Below are positions 16,600 through 26,996 of a stretch of 64,000 bases of DNA, in pieces. This stretch comes from an uncultured Bacteroidales bacterium (GTDB lineage: Bacteria > Bacteroidota > Bacteroidia > Bacteroidales > UBA1402), in the NCBI GenBank assembly GCA_964575345.1, contig CAZNQD010000001.1:100367-164366 (forward strand), written 5' to 3'. Position 1 is the stretch's first letter. Each line of letters opens with the position of its first letter. Below the pieces are notes generated by a model. That model searched no databases, had not been told where the DNA came from, and worked only from the letters and a program-made list of their open reading frames with translations. The translations under genes were made by a program, and so were the position numbers.

Positions 16600-18513
16600 T
16601 TATTTTTTTTCCAGTTCGCCCAGCTCCATCCAGCGCAGGGCTTTTTTGTCGAGCTCCTGATTCAGCCTGGAAAGCTCAATACATTTTTGCTCAATCACGA
16701 CACCCTCCAATAGCCCCGAAGCTAGTTCTTTTTCGAGCAGAACAATATTTTCTTCGGTTTGCGCAATATCTTTTTCGAGCCGGATGAATTCCTGTTCTTC
16801 CCTATAAGTTCGTTTACGGGCAAGGGAGCTGTCGTCTTTTTGTACAGCCATCTCGGCAGGCCTTGTCTTGTTTTTTCGCTCTGATTCTTTTTCTTTTCTG
16901 AGCGTGTTCTCCTGCTGATCTTTCCAACTTCTGTATTGGGTATAATTGCCCGGGAAATCCCGGATGACGGCCTTGCCTTCAAAGACCAGCAAATGATCCA
17001 CAATTTTGTCCATAAAGAAACGGTCATGCGAAACCACCAGTACACAACCCTTGAACGAAGCCAGGTATTCTTCGAGAATATTCAGGCTCAATATGTCCAG
17101 ATCGTTGGTGGGTTCGTCCAAAACCAGAAAATTGGGATTAGTCATCAGTACGGTACACAAATATAGCCGACGCTTTTCACCGCCACTGAGCTTTGAAACG
17201 TAATTGTGCTGAACTTCGGGACTGAACAAAAAATGAGTGAGAAATTGCGAAGCACTCAGTTTCCTGCCGTTTCCCAGGGAAATTTCTTCGGCAATATCGC
17301 GTACCACGTCTATTACTTTTTTATTGTCGTCAAATTGCAGGCCGTCCTGGCTAAAATAACCGAAACGTACCGTACTGCCGATATCTATGCTGCCCCGGTC
17401 GCAAGGCTCCTCTCCCATCAATAATCTGAGAAAGGTGGTTTTACCACTGCCGTTGGCGCCTACTATGCCGACTTTTTCGAAAGGGGCAAACTGATAATAA
17501 AATTCATCCAGAAGTGTAAGGTCGCCGTAGGATTTTGAAATGTATTTGGCTTCGAATATCTTGGAACCGAGGTAACAGGCTTGTACTCCGAGCTGCATCT
17601 GTTCTGTTTTGCGTTGTTGCGACACCCGTTCCTCCAGTTCATAAAAAGCATCGCTGCGGGCTTTGGCCTTAGTCCCTCTGGCCTGTGGCATACGTCTCAT
17701 CCAGTCGAGCTCTTTGCGAAAAAGGTTTTGTGCCCTTTCCAATTCGGTATTTAAATTATCCAGTCTTTCGCGGCGTTTTTCCAGGTAATAGGCATAATTG
17801 CCGTTGTAGCAGTAAAGTTGTTTGTCCTCGAGCTCCAGTATCGTATTGCAGACCCGGTCGAGAAAATACCGGTCGTGAGTAACCATCAAAAGAGTTATTC
17901 CCGATTTGGTCAGGTAATTTTCGAGCCACTCAATCATGTCCAGGTCCAGGTGGTTGGTGGGTTCGTCCAGAATGAGCAGATCGGGCTCGTTAATCAGTAC
18001 GTTGGCCAAAGCCAGCCGCTTCAACTGCCCTCCCGACAGTTGACCGACTTTTTGGGTAAAATTCGGAATCTGTAGTTTACCGAGGATTTGTTTGATTCTG
18101 ACTTCGTAATCCCAGGCTTTGTGGTGGTCCATCAGATGCAACAATTCTTCGGCTTCGGCATCCATCGATTTGCCGGTTATTTCCTGCATCTTGAGCTCGT
18201 AACGGGCTATGGTTTCGGTCACTTCGTTTGCAGCCTGAAAACAGGCCTGAAAAACAGTCAGGTCGGCGGGAAATTCCGGCATTTGCTTTAAATAGGCCAC
18301 TTTCAGGTCACGGCGAAAAACCACTGCACCCCCTTCGTAGTCTTTGTTCCCGGCCAGAATATCCAGCAAGGTAGATTTGCCTTTGCCGTTTTGAGCAATC
18401 AGCGCAACCCGTTGTTGTTGTGCAATGCCAAAGGAGATTTCGTGGAAAAGCACTAAATCACCAAAAGACTTGCTCAGGTTCTCGACTTGAACAAAAGGCT
18501 GTAATTTACTCAT
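16600..18513 (-). CDS. ABC-F family ATPase (two ABC domains, no membrane domain)
   Basis: Walker A GQNGKGKST and GANGSGKTT. Signatures LSGGQLKR and LSGGEKRR. Walker B LLILDEPTNHLD and FLVLDEPTNDLD. Charged coiled-coil C-terminus. Confidence 0.9.
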   Translation of the reverse strand: MSKLQPFVQVENLSKSFGDLVLFHEISFGIAQQQRVALIAQNGKGKSTLLDILAGNKDYEGGAVVFRRDLKVAYLKQMPEFPADLTVFQACFQAANEVTETIARYELKMQEITGKSMDAEAEELLHLMDHHKAWDYEVRIKQILGKLQIPNFTQKVGQLSGGQLKRLALANVLINEPDLLILDEPTNHLDLDMIEWLENYLTKSGITLLMVTHDRYFLDRVCNTILELEDKQLYCYNGNYAYYLEKRRERLDNLNTELERAQNLFRKELDWMRRMPQARGTKAKARSDAFYELEERVSQQRKTEQMQLGVQACYLGSKIFEAKYISKSYGDLTLLDEFYYQFAPFEKVGIVGANGSGKTTFLRLLMGEEPCDRGSIDIGSTVRFGYFSQDGLQFDDNKKVIDVVRDIAEEISLGNGRKLSASQFLTHFLFSPEVQHNYVSKLSGGEKRRLYLCTVLMTNPNFLVLDEPTNDLDILSLNILEEYLASFKGCVLVVSHDRFFMDKIVDHLLVFEGKAVIRDFPGNYTQYRSWKDQQENTLRKEKESERKNKTRPAEMAVQKDDSSLARKRTYREEQEFIRLEKDIAQTEENIVLLEKELASGLLEGVVIEQKCIELSRLNQELDKKALRWMELGELEKK

Positions 18514-21332
18514 ATTAAATCCTTAAGACAGGCTGCCGTATAGCTGTGGTTACCCGAAGCCAGGTCAATGGGCGTACCGCTGAAGAGTATTCTGCCGCCC
18601 TCTTTGCCTCCTTCGGGCCCCATGTCGATGATGTGGTCGGCCATTTTGATGACGTCCGGATTGTGTTCAATAATAATGACTGTATTGCCTTTGTCCACCA
18701 GGCGGTTTACCACCTGCATCAATACCCTGATATCGTCAAAATGCAAACCGGTGGTGGGTTCATCCAAAATGTAGAGGGTGTTGCCTGTATCTCGTTTGGA
18801 AAGCTCGGCGGCCAGCTTGATGCGTTGACATTCGCCGCCGGACAAAGTGTTGGAAGGCTGTCCCAGTTTGATATAGCCCAGGCCCACCTCCTGGATGGTT
18901 TTGATTTTATGCAGGATTTGCGGTTGATTTTCGAAAAAATCTACTGCCATATTAATGGTCATATCCAGCACATCGGCAATGGATTTGCCTTTGAAGCGAA
19001 TCTCCAGGGTTTCGCGGTTGTAGCGTTTGCCCCGGCAAGATTCACAGGGCACAAAAACTTCGGGCAAAAAATTCATTTCTATGGCCATGTAGCCGTTGCC
19101 CTTACAGGTTTCACATCGTCCACCGGCTACGTTAAACGAAAAGCGCCCAGGTTTATAAGCCCGGATTTTTGATTCAGGCAGATTGACAAATAGATTGCGG
19201 ATGTCGGAAAAAACTCCGCAATAGGTAGAGGGATTGGAACGCGGGCTGCGTCCCAGGGGAGACTGATCCACATCTACCACTTTGTCGATAAATTCCAGGC
19301 CTTCTATACGATCGTATGGCAGGGGTTCCAAATGGCTGCCATAAAAATGTTTGCTCAGGGCGGCGTGCAGGGTGTGATTGATCAGGCTGGATTTTCCGCT
19401 GCCTGAAACGCCTGTAACCACAATTAGTTTTCCCAGGGGAAAATCTACATTCACTTGCTTGAGGTTGTTGCCCCGGCAATTTTTCAGGCTCAAAATACGG
19501 CCGTTCCCAGGACGATAGGCTGTGGGAGCTTTTATCTGTAATTTCCCGTTCAGATAATCGGAAGTTAAAGTTGAAGCCTGCAGCAAGTCCCGGGGGCTAC
19601 CTGCAAAACTCAGCTGCCCTCCCAGCCTGCCTGCTCTCGGACCCAGATCCAGTATGTAATCGGAGGCCAGCATCATATCCTTATCGTGTTCTACCACAAT
19701 GACCGAATTGCCTTTGTCCCTGAGGATTTTCAATGAATCTATCAGACGCTGGTTGTCTCTGTGGTGCAGGCCTATACTGGGTTCATCCAGAATATACAGT
19801 ACGTTCACCAGCTGAGAGCCTATTTGCGTAGCCAGTCGTATACGCTGGCTTTCGCCGCCCGAAAGCCCGGCCGAGGGCCTGTTGAGCGAAAGATAATCCA
19901 GTCCTACATCCAGGAGAAATTGCAGGCGTTGCGAAATTTCCTTTATTATCTCGGAGGCTATGCGTTTTTGTTTGTTGCTTAAATGATGTTCCAGGTTATT
20001 AATCCACAGAGCCAGTTCTTTGACATCCATCTCGGCCAGTTCTGCAATGTTTTTGCCGGCCAGGCGATAATGCAGGGCTTCTTTTTTGAGCCGCCTGCCC
20101 TGACATTCGGGACAAGTAGCGGTGCTTATAAATTGTTCGGCCCATTTTTGTGCCTCCGTCGGATTGTCGTCGTCCTGTTGCAGTTGAATGTATTTGATGA
20201 CACCTTCGTAGTGCACATTGTAATTATACAGGCCCAGCGTGGTATTCTTAATAGGCAGCCTTTCTTCGCAACCGTTCAGAATCTCATCCATGGCATCGGG
20301 AGCAATGTCCCTGATGGGGGTTTTGAGCTGAAAACCGTGTTTTTCGCCCAAAGCCTCTATTTGCCAAAATAACATACTGTTTCTGTATTTGCCCAGAGGG
20401 ATTATTCCTCCTTCAAAAACGGATTTGCCGTCGTCGGGAATAATTTTGTTGAAATCGATCTGGTTGATTATGCCCAGCCCCTTGCATCGAGGACAAGCTC
20501 CCTGGGGAGAATTGAACGAAAAAGTATGAGGAGCGGGATCGCTGTAGGAAAGCCCGGTAAGCGGACACATCAGTTGGCTGCTGTAATGCCTGAGTTCTTT
20601 GTGATCTTTGTCGTAAATCATTGTCAGGCCTTTGCCTTGCCTGAAAGCCACCTGCAGGCTTTTTTTAAGCCGGCTGCTGTCGTTAGGGCTGACTATCAAT
20701 TTATCGACAAGCACTTCCACATCGTGATTCTTGTAGCGGTCCAGCTTCATGCCCGGAATGATTTCCTGCAATTCTCCGTCAATACGGACATTTAAATAGC
20801 CTTTTTTCCTGAGTGTTTCAAACAACTCCTTGTAATGACCTTTGCGGGAACGCACTACGGGAGCCAGCACATAAATTGCCTTGTTGTTGTACTTTTCCAA
20901 AATCAGCTCCAGCACTTGTTCTTCGGTGTACCTAACCATCTTTTCGCCGCTCAGATAAGAATAGGCCTCTCCTGCCCTGGCATAGAGCAGGCGGAGATAA
21001 TCGTAGATTTCAGTTTGGGTACCAACAGTGGAGCGGGGATTCTTGTTCGTGGTTTTTTGTTCTATGGAAATGACCGGACTCAGCCCCGTTATCTTATCCA
21101 CGTCGGGGCGTTCGCGATTGCCCAGAAAGTTACGGGCATAGGCCGAGAAAGTTTCTATATAACGACGTTGCCCTTCGGCAAAAATAGTATCAAAGGCCAG
21201 GGAGGATTTACCGCTGCCACTCAGGCCGGTAATCACCGTGAGGCTGTTGCGGGGAATCTGAACGTCAATGTTTTTAAGATTGTGTTCCCGCGCCCCGTAT
21301 ACACAAATATGGTCTTTTGATGCGTCGTTCAT
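18510..21332 (-). CDS. uvrA: excinuclease ABC subunit A
   Basis: 940 aa. GLSGSGKSS and GVSGSGKSS Walker A motifs. LSGGESQR and LSGGECQR signatures. Cys4 zinc modules (CPECQGRR, CETCKGNG). Confidence 0.95.
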   Translation of the reverse strand: MNDASKDHICVYGAREHNLKNIDVQIPRNSLTVITGLSGSGKSSLAFDTIFAEGQRRYIETFSAYARNFLGNRERPDVDKITGLSPVISIEQKTTNKNPRSTVGTQTEIYDYLRLLYARAGEAYSYLSGEKMVRYTEEQVLELILEKYNNKAIYVLAPVVRSRKGHYKELFETLRKKGYLNVRIDGELQEIIPGMKLDRYKNHDVEVLVDKLIVSPNDSSRLKKSLQVAFRQGKGLTMIYDKDHKELRHYSSQLMCPLTGLSYSDPAPHTFSFNSPQGACPRCKGLGIINQIDFNKIIPDDGKSVFEGGIIPLGKYRNSMLFWQIEALGEKHGFQLKTPIRDIAPDAMDEILNGCEERLPIKNTTLGLYNYNVHYEGVIKYIQLQQDDDNPTEAQKWAEQFISTATCPECQGRRLKKEALHYRLAGKNIAELAEMDVKELALWINNLEHHLSNKQKRIASEIIKEISQRLQFLLDVGLDYLSLNRPSAGLSGGESQRIRLATQIGSQLVNVLYILDEPSIGLHHRDNQRLIDSLKILRDKGNSVIVVEHDKDMMLASDYILDLGPRAGRLGGQLSFAGSPRDLLQASTLTSDYLNGKLQIKAPTAYRPGNGRILSLKNCRGNNLKQVNVDFPLGKLIVVTGVSGSGKSSLINHTLHAALSKHFYGSHLEPLPYDRIEGLEFIDKVVDVDQSPLGRSPRSNPSTYCGVFSDIRNLFVNLPESKIRAYKPGRFSFNVAGGRCETCKGNGYMAIEMNFLPEVFVPCESCRGKRYNRETLEIRFKGKSIADVLDMTINMAVDFFENQPQILHKIKTIQEVGLGYIKLGQPSNTLSGGECQRIKLAAELSKRDTGNTLYILDEPTTGLHFDDIRVLMQVVNRLVDKGNTVIIIEHNPDVIKMADHIIDMGPEGGKEGGRILFSGTPIDLASGNHSYTAACLKDLI

Positions 21333-21349
21333 CTGGCTTAATAAAGCGA

Positions 21350-22291
21350 TTACTTATTTTTGACCCAGTTTTTTTGATGGATGTAAAGATTCTTGACATC
21401 AAAATACTGTGAAGATTCCATGGGGATGGCAATGTTGTAGATTTTACCCTGTGGATTCTTCAGTTGGCGGTCGCGCAACCAGGGATTGGCTTCCTTGAAT
21501 TGCAGGTAAGTTAAACCATGCTCCTTGGCAAATTCCACCCAGTCACTAATGGATTTATGAACACTGACGTAGTTGTATTGCAACGGCATATACAAATATT
21601 CGGCAGAAAAGACAAAACCGTACTTGGCGGGATTTTCCATAAAATCTTTGGCGGCCATTACACGGAATACATAACGCGAAGTTTCTTCATTCAAAAACAA
21701 ATCCAGCGCGTTGTCTACGCCCTGCCTTTCCAGTTCGTTGGCTATGCGATTCGTGCCGCCGTTAAAGGCAGCAGCTACCGAACTCCAGTTGCCTAACCTG
21801 CGGTAGGCGTCTTTAAGGTATTTACAGGCTGCCACGGTGGATTTTTCCATGTGATAACGTTCGTCAACCTGATCATCAACCTGCAGGCCGTATTCGCGGG
21901 CTGTTTCGGGCATAAACTGCCAAAGTCCGGCTGCTCCCGAGGGAGACAAAGCTCCCGGATTTAGATTGCTCTCGATGCAAGCCAGGTATTTAAAATCATC
22001 GGGGACATGGTTGCTTTTTAGTATGGGCTCGATGAGGGGAAAAATCCGGTTGGCTTTTTTGATGAGCTGGATCGAAGACGAATGCATGTAATTCATCGCC
22101 AGAAGCTCTCTGTCGAAGCGTTCCCTCAAATCCCAGCGCCTCAGGTCTATGCGTTCGCCGCAAAATTCCGTGCGGAGAGGAAGGTCAATCGGATGTATCA
22201 AAGCCTGAGGATATATGCTCTGAGCCATCGAAAAAAAACCGTTAAACACTAAAAAAACAACACCGATTAGATACTTATTCAATCTCATCAT
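21350..22291 (-). CDS. lytic transglycosylase (SLT/MltD-like) domain protein
   Basis: Signal peptide, then CIESNLNPGALSPSGAAGLWQFMPETAREYGL (catalytic Glu and SLT motif). Confidence 0.8.
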   Translation of the reverse strand: MMRLNKYLIGVVFLVFNGFFSMAQSIYPQALIHPIDLPLRTEFCGERIDLRRWDLRERFDRELLAMNYMHSSSIQLIKKANRIFPLIEPILKSNHVPDDFKYLACIESNLNPGALSPSGAAGLWQFMPETAREYGLQVDDQVDERYHMEKSTVAACKYLKDAYRRLGNWSSVAAAFNGGTNRIANELERQGVDNALDLFLNEETSRYVFRVMAAKDFMENPAKYGFVFSAEYLYMPLQYNYVSVHKSISDWVEFAKEHGLTYLQFKEANPWLRDRQLKNPQGKIYNIAIPMESSQYFDVKNLYIHQKNWVKNK

Positions 22292-23634
22292 TCCAATAAA
22301 TTTATGTCTCCTTTTTTACGGTATTCTATACCATCAGAGCCGGTAGCGCTGATGATGTAAAAGTACACGCCGGGAGATACCGGTTTACCTTTGAAAGTAC
22401 CATCCCAACCAAGGGAAGGATCTGTCCAATCGAACAGCACATTGCCCCAACGATTCAGGATGCGTCCCTGAAATTTAATCAGCGATTTGTAAGCTACTTT
22501 AAATTCATCGTTGTCCCCTGGAGTGGAACGGGGGCTGAAAAAATTGGGGCAATCCAGCGAAGATTCCGTTACCCGTATGGTGAATGCGACAGAATCTTTG
22601 CAAACACTGTTGCTGGCCAGTAATTTAACTTCGAAGCTGCCGGCCTGGTTAAATGTGTAATTGATATCGGCCTCTGTGCGACGCAGGTATTCTTCCTTTG
22701 AACCGGGATTGGTGTAAATGTACCATTCGGTATAACGGGTTGCCGGATTTACATTACTGTAAAAATCCAGTTTAAAGGGAGCTGAGCCTGTAAGCGAACC
22801 GGCTGAGCCTGCTCCTATTTCGTTGTCGGCCTGCTCCTTTTCTTCAGGTACCGCTTTGGCATGGGTGCTTACACGAACAGCCTGATACGTTGTTTCAATA
22901 CTTTTTGCGCTCAGGCCGAAATAGGCGGCAAATTGATCACCTTCAACCCGGAACGTGGTATTCTGCAAAGGAGCATCCACGACAAAACCGGACAAAAAAC
23001 CTTCTTTACTGCTGTTTTTTTCGATCAGATGGTATTGTGCCTGCTCCTCGTCCCATTCCAGATCTGTCCAGCTCAGGCTGTGAATTCTGTCTACGGTCCG
23101 GAGCGCCGGGCTTCCGCTCAGGGCATAATAACTCAGATCTTCCTGAACGCCTTCGGCCACGAGCTGCAGGCTGCTGCAAATGTCTTCGGCGTTGTCAACG
23201 CTCTCAAGCTTTGTGTAATTCAATCTATGTGCCGAATAATCAATGATATAGATGGCCTTGATCTGATCTCCCTGCGATACGTAATAACCGTAAGCCCCCG
23301 GATTCCTTAACACGGTGGCAGCGCTTTCCAGGCTGATGTCGGCAGCGGGAACTGCCTGGGCATCCCCGGGTCCGGTTTGGTAACGATACCAAACCCAGTT
23401 TGACGGATCTGAGGTATTGTAGCGTAATTCTGCTTGTTGAAGCCCGTTAAAGATAAAGACTTTTTCCAGGCCTGTAGCTGCTGCAGGAATGTATTCGTAA
23501 GGCTGTCCGTTAGCTCCCCCGCTAGCCGTGAAAGCTGCAATGGCAGGCAGTTTAAATAGTAAGAATATTGTAAAAACCAAATATTTAAGTGATCCCTTTC
23601 GATACATGTCGGAGCTTCTTGAAAAAGTGGACAA
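22288..23634 (-). CDS. secreted protein with T9SS type-B (gliding-motility CHU_C) C-terminal sorting domain
   Basis: C-terminus CPNFFSPRSTPGDNDEFKV...NRWGNVLFDW...GWDGTFKGKPVSPGVYFYII...GDINLLE. The start could instead be the Met at 23607. Confidence 0.75.
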   Translation of the reverse strand: MSTFSRSSDMYRKGSLKYLVFTIFLLFKLPAIAAFTASGGANGQPYEYIPAAATGLEKVFIFNGLQQAELRYNTSDPSNWVWYRYQTGPGDAQAVPAADISLESAATVLRNPGAYGYYVSQGDQIKAIYIIDYSAHRLNYTKLESVDNAEDICSSLQLVAEGVQEDLSYYALSGSPALRTVDRIHSLSWTDLEWDEEQAQYHLIEKNSSKEGFLSGFVVDAPLQNTTFRVEGDQFAAYFGLSAKSIETTYQAVRVSTHAKAVPEEKEQADNEIGAGSAGSLTGSAPFKLDFYSNVNPATRYTEWYIYTNPGSKEEYLRRTEADINYTFNQAGSFEVKLLASNSVCKDSVAFTIRVTESSLDCPNFFSPRSTPGDNDEFKVAYKSLIKFQGRILNRWGNVLFDWTDPSLGWDGTFKGKPVSPGVYFYIISATGSDGIEYRKKGDINLLE

Positions 23635-23731
23635 AGATAGCTATAAATAATCAAAAACTAAAATTACTCAGTTTGCATTTAAGCTTATGCGGCATTATTC
23701 TACTCCGATTTGCAAAACGACAGATTTTGGC

Positions 23732-23739
23732 TACATTTG
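23732..23739 (+). promoter_or_regulatory. -7 box candidate (TACATTTG) for the LysM/barrel pair
   Basis: Exact TAnnTTTG, 66 nt upstream of the ATG at 23805. Confidence 0.45.
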
Positions 23740-23804
23740 CGCATTGGATTAGTGTCTTTGCCCTGCTGGGGGCTCGGCACTATAGCTAACCAAAACCAAC
23801 GCTG

Positions 23805-25529
23805 ATGAAGTTACGTCCCATAATTGCCTTGTGTGCCTGCCTGATTTTTATTACTCTGGCTGCTGAGGCTCAGGAAAATAGTATTCCGGTAATTAAATTG
23901 TTTGACAAAGAGTATTATAAATACGAGGTGCAAGCTTCTGAAACCTTGTATAGTTTGAGCCGACGCTTCCATGTCAGCCAGGAAGAAATTATAGCCATGA
24001 ACCCTTTTTTGGTCGAAGGGCTCAAAACCGGACAAATCCTGATCATTCCTTTAAGAGCTTTAAAACAGGGCAATGAAGAGCTTCCGGGGAAAAAACCAAC
24101 TAATTTGTCTGAGAAATCTCAGGAAATGATAACAGATAATTCTTCCGAAAACAGCTCTCACAATCCCCTCAGGACAAACGAAGATTCTTTATCGGCAACA
24201 GCTTCAGGCCCTTCGGTGCTATGCGAAAAATGGGAATACAAGTATTATACCGTAGAGAAATGGAGAGAGGATCTATATGATATTGCCAGGCGTTTCGGTA
24301 TGGATGTCGATGAAATCAGACTTCATAATCCGAATGTACCCGACAGGCTGCCAAGAGGCTCCTTGCTCATGATACCGGTCAAGAAGCTTGAAGTCATTTC
24401 CGAAAGCGACACAGAGGAAAAGGAATTTTCCGACGACCTCCGGCCAAAAATTTTTCGCAAGCCCTCTATTGCCCTGCTTTTGCCCTTCATGCTGGACGAT
24501 ACAACCGAAAACTCCACAGAACGCTATGTGGAGTTTTACGAAGGCATACTCCTGGCGGCAGACAGCCTGAAACAACTCAATTTTTCCCTTGATCTGTCTG
24601 TTTTCGATACAGGCAATACGGTGGAATCGCTCAGGAGGGTGTTAACTTCCGGTTGGCTGGACAGAGCCAATTACGTCATTGCCGCAGTCAATAACGAGCA
24701 AATGATGTTTTTGTCCGATTGGTCTGTCCGCGAGAAGAAATACCTTATACTACCTTTCAGCTCCCGGATTCCCGAAACCGGGTTCAATCCCTATATTTAT
24801 CAGGTAAATCCTCCTCAATCGTTGAATCACCAGGCTCTGATGGAGCTGGATACCTCGTACTATGCCCGCAAAAACATTTTATTTATTCGTAGCGCGAATG
24901 AATCATCTGACGAACGTCGCGAGTTGTTTGACACTTTCAGAATCAATTTAAAACACTATGGGATTCCCTACCTGGAATTGACAGATAAAGAACTGCCTGC
25001 CTACATAGCTTACAGTTTTCCCGATACTATTGCCCGCCATTTAAGCCTGGACAAAGAAAACCTGATTATTCCTGCTCCTTTTCCCATGACCGAAAGCAAC
25101 CGGGTAATTACATTGATAGGCTCTGCGGCCAACATAAAGTCTAAAGCCCGTATTACCCTGCTGGGTTATCCGGAATGGCTGGCCCTGAGCAAAAACAACC
25201 TGCCTCAGTTGTATCAGTTGAATACACATGTTTATAGTAACTATTACGCTGATTTTCAAGACGAAATGCTTAAAGAATTCCAAAAGCGCTATGCTTATGA
25301 ATTTGGCAAGGATCTTTTAAATACTTTTCCCCGCTATGCCTTGATGGGTTATGATATAATGATGTATTTTGTGCCCAAAATCTCGGGATCCGACTGGGAA
25401 ACCGAAAGTTTACAACATGGGTTTGATTTTGTACAGACCGGAGAAAAAAGCGGAAAATACAACCGGCATTTGTTTATCATTCAGTTTACTCCTCAGCGCA
25501 AAATAATCTCAAGAACGTTACCCCGCTAA
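23805..25529 (+). CDS. secreted protein with two LysM domains and a type-1 periplasmic-binding-protein-like domain
   Basis: Signal peptide. LysM-like repeats (YEVQASETLYSLSRRFHVSQEEIIAMNP; YTVEKWREDLYDIARRFGMDVDEIRLHNP). The C-terminal ~350 aa resembles the Leu/Ile/Val-binding fold. Confidence 0.65.
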   Translation: MKLRPIIALCACLIFITLAAEAQENSIPVIKLFDKEYYKYEVQASETLYSLSRRFHVSQEEIIAMNPFLVEGLKTGQILIIPLRALKQGNEELPGKKPTNLSEKSQEMITDNSSENSSHNPLRTNEDSLSATASGPSVLCEKWEYKYYTVEKWREDLYDIARRFGMDVDEIRLHNPNVPDRLPRGSLLMIPVKKLEVISESDTEEKEFSDDLRPKIFRKPSIALLLPFMLDDTTENSTERYVEFYEGILLAADSLKQLNFSLDLSVFDTGNTVESLRRVLTSGWLDRANYVIAAVNNEQMMFLSDWSVREKKYLILPFSSRIPETGFNPYIYQVNPPQSLNHQALMELDTSYYARKNILFIRSANESSDERRELFDTFRINLKHYGIPYLELTDKELPAYIAYSFPDTIARHLSLDKENLIIPAPFPMTESNRVITLIGSAANIKSKARITLLGYPEWLALSKNNLPQLYQLNTHVYSNYYADFQDEMLKEFQKRYAYEFGKDLLNTFPRYALMGYDIMMYFVPKISGSDWETESLQHGFDFVQTGEKSGKYNRHLFIIQFTPQRKIISRTLPR

Positions 25530-26186
25530 ATGAAACGAATCAGTTTTTTTTGCAGCTTCTGTATTTTACTGCCGGTTTTGTGTCATAACCTTAGAGCACA
25601 AAATAACCAATTCAGCCCCGAATTCTATTTGGGCGCTACAGCCGGTGCCACTATGTCCAGCATCACCCTGGTTCCCCAATACGTAGACAAAACCTATCAT
25701 TTTGCTGCCAACGCCGGCCTGAGCCTGCGTTATGTCAATGAAAAACACTTTGGAATTCAAGCCGAATTGAATTATTTTCAAAGCGGCTGGAAAGATGATT
25801 TTGGTTATGGTTCAACCAACACCTACCGCAGAGAAATGGCTTTTCTGGAATTGCCTTTTTTGATGCATGCCCGCATTGGCACCAAAGCACTGAATTTTTA
25901 CCTGAATCTGGGTCCGAAGTTCAGCATCTTTCTGTCCGAAAAGGAATACCTGGACAGCGATATAAGCTACGACTACCACGGCAAAGCCCTGGAGCAGCCT
26001 TTTCAATGGGGAGTCTTGGGAGGAGTTGGTTTAGATGTTAAGCTAAAACGACAAAGTATTGGTCTGGAAGGCCGCTATTACTACGGTTTATCCGATATTT
26101 TTGCCAATGCTGTGACGGACGATTTTGTCACTTCCGGCCTACAGCAGATTTCTTTAAATCTGATTTACTATTTCCGCTTACGCTGA
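25530..26186 (+). CDS. small outer-membrane beta-barrel protein (PorT/OmpA-barrel-like porin family)
   Basis: Signal peptide, alternating beta-strand pattern, C-terminal ...LNLIYYFRL.. aromatic ending. The ATG directly abuts the upstream stop. Confidence 0.6.
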   Translation: MKRISFFCSFCILLPVLCHNLRAQNNQFSPEFYLGATAGATMSSITLVPQYVDKTYHFAANAGLSLRYVNEKHFGIQAELNYFQSGWKDDFGYGSTNTYRREMAFLELPFLMHARIGTKALNFYLNLGPKFSIFLSEKEYLDSDISYDYHGKALEQPFQWGVLGGVGLDVKLKRQSIGLEGRYYYGLSDIFANAVTDDFVTSGLQQISLNLIYYFRLR

Positions 26187-26648
26187 TTACCTGAGGCGAT
26201 GGTAACTTTGCACCAGAGCTTCGTCCTTGTTTATGGCCCGCAGTGCCATGAAATTCAAAATCAATGCTATCAATGGCAAAGCTAAACCAAAGTTTAGCCC
26301 GGGGCTTGCATCCAGGCTTTTACGGACATAAATAAAAAAAATCAGGAATACCAGATAAAAGCCAATCAGCAGAATGATGTTAAATACGCAAAAGCGGCTC
26401 TGTAAGGGCCTGTTCTTGAAAAAAAACAGGCATACGAAACTAAGGGCAGCAGCTATTATCAGCAGAGCGCCAAGAGCCCAAAAAGAATAAGACTGTGCCC
26501 CGTTGCCCAGAATGTGTTCAACTTTAAAGGCCTTTAATTGAGACAAATCCCCTTCCTGCCCGAAGAAACTGATCCAGGGCACAAAAAGGGCAAGCGTCAA
26601 CAAGAGGCCTGCCACAAAGAGATACAAGCTTTGAATACGCTGAATCAT
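26187..26648 (-). CDS. DUF4293-family membrane protein
   Basis: The MIQRIQSLYLFVAGLL start and four TM helices match my recollection of DUF4293. Conserved position downstream of rpoZ. Confidence 0.6.
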   Translation of the reverse strand: MIQRIQSLYLFVAGLLLTLALFVPWISFFGQEGDLSQLKAFKVEHILGNGAQSYSFWALGALLIIAAALSFVCLFFFKNRPLQSRFCVFNIILLIGFYLVFLIFFIYVRKSLDASPGLNFGLALPLIALILNFMALRAINKDEALVQSYHRLR

Positions 26649-26983
26649 GCTTTACTTTTTGATTTTTCCCTGAGGGGATTCCGGAAATAGATTTTATCTT
26701 CCAGAAATTCCTGAGTGGCAATCAAAGTAGGCTTGGGTAATTTTTCGTAAAAACGGGAGATCTCAATTTGCTCCCTGTTTTCCGATACTTCTTCCTGATT
26801 GTCGGGATAGGTGGCAAATTCCTGCAATTTGCTTTTGAGTTCCTCTTTCATTTCCGTGCTGATCTGGTTGGCTCTTTTGGCAATTACGACAACACTTTCG
26901 TAAATATTGCCATCTTCGCTGCACAGGGTGTTTAAATCACGGGTTTGTGTGCTGGTCGGTGCAACCGTCTTTTTGTAATCCAT
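26645..26983 (-). CDS. rpoZ: DNA-directed RNA polymerase subunit omega
   Basis: NIYESVVVIAKRANQIS... Rpb6/omega core. Lies between bamD and DUF4293, as in other Bacteroidota. Confidence 0.7.
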   Translation of the reverse strand: MDYKKTVAPTSTQTRDLNTLCSEDGNIYESVVVIAKRANQISTEMKEELKSKLQEFATYPDNQEEVSENREQIEISRFYEKLPKPTLIATQEFLEDKIYFRNPLREKSKSKA

Positions 26984-26996
26984 ACTATTTTACTTT

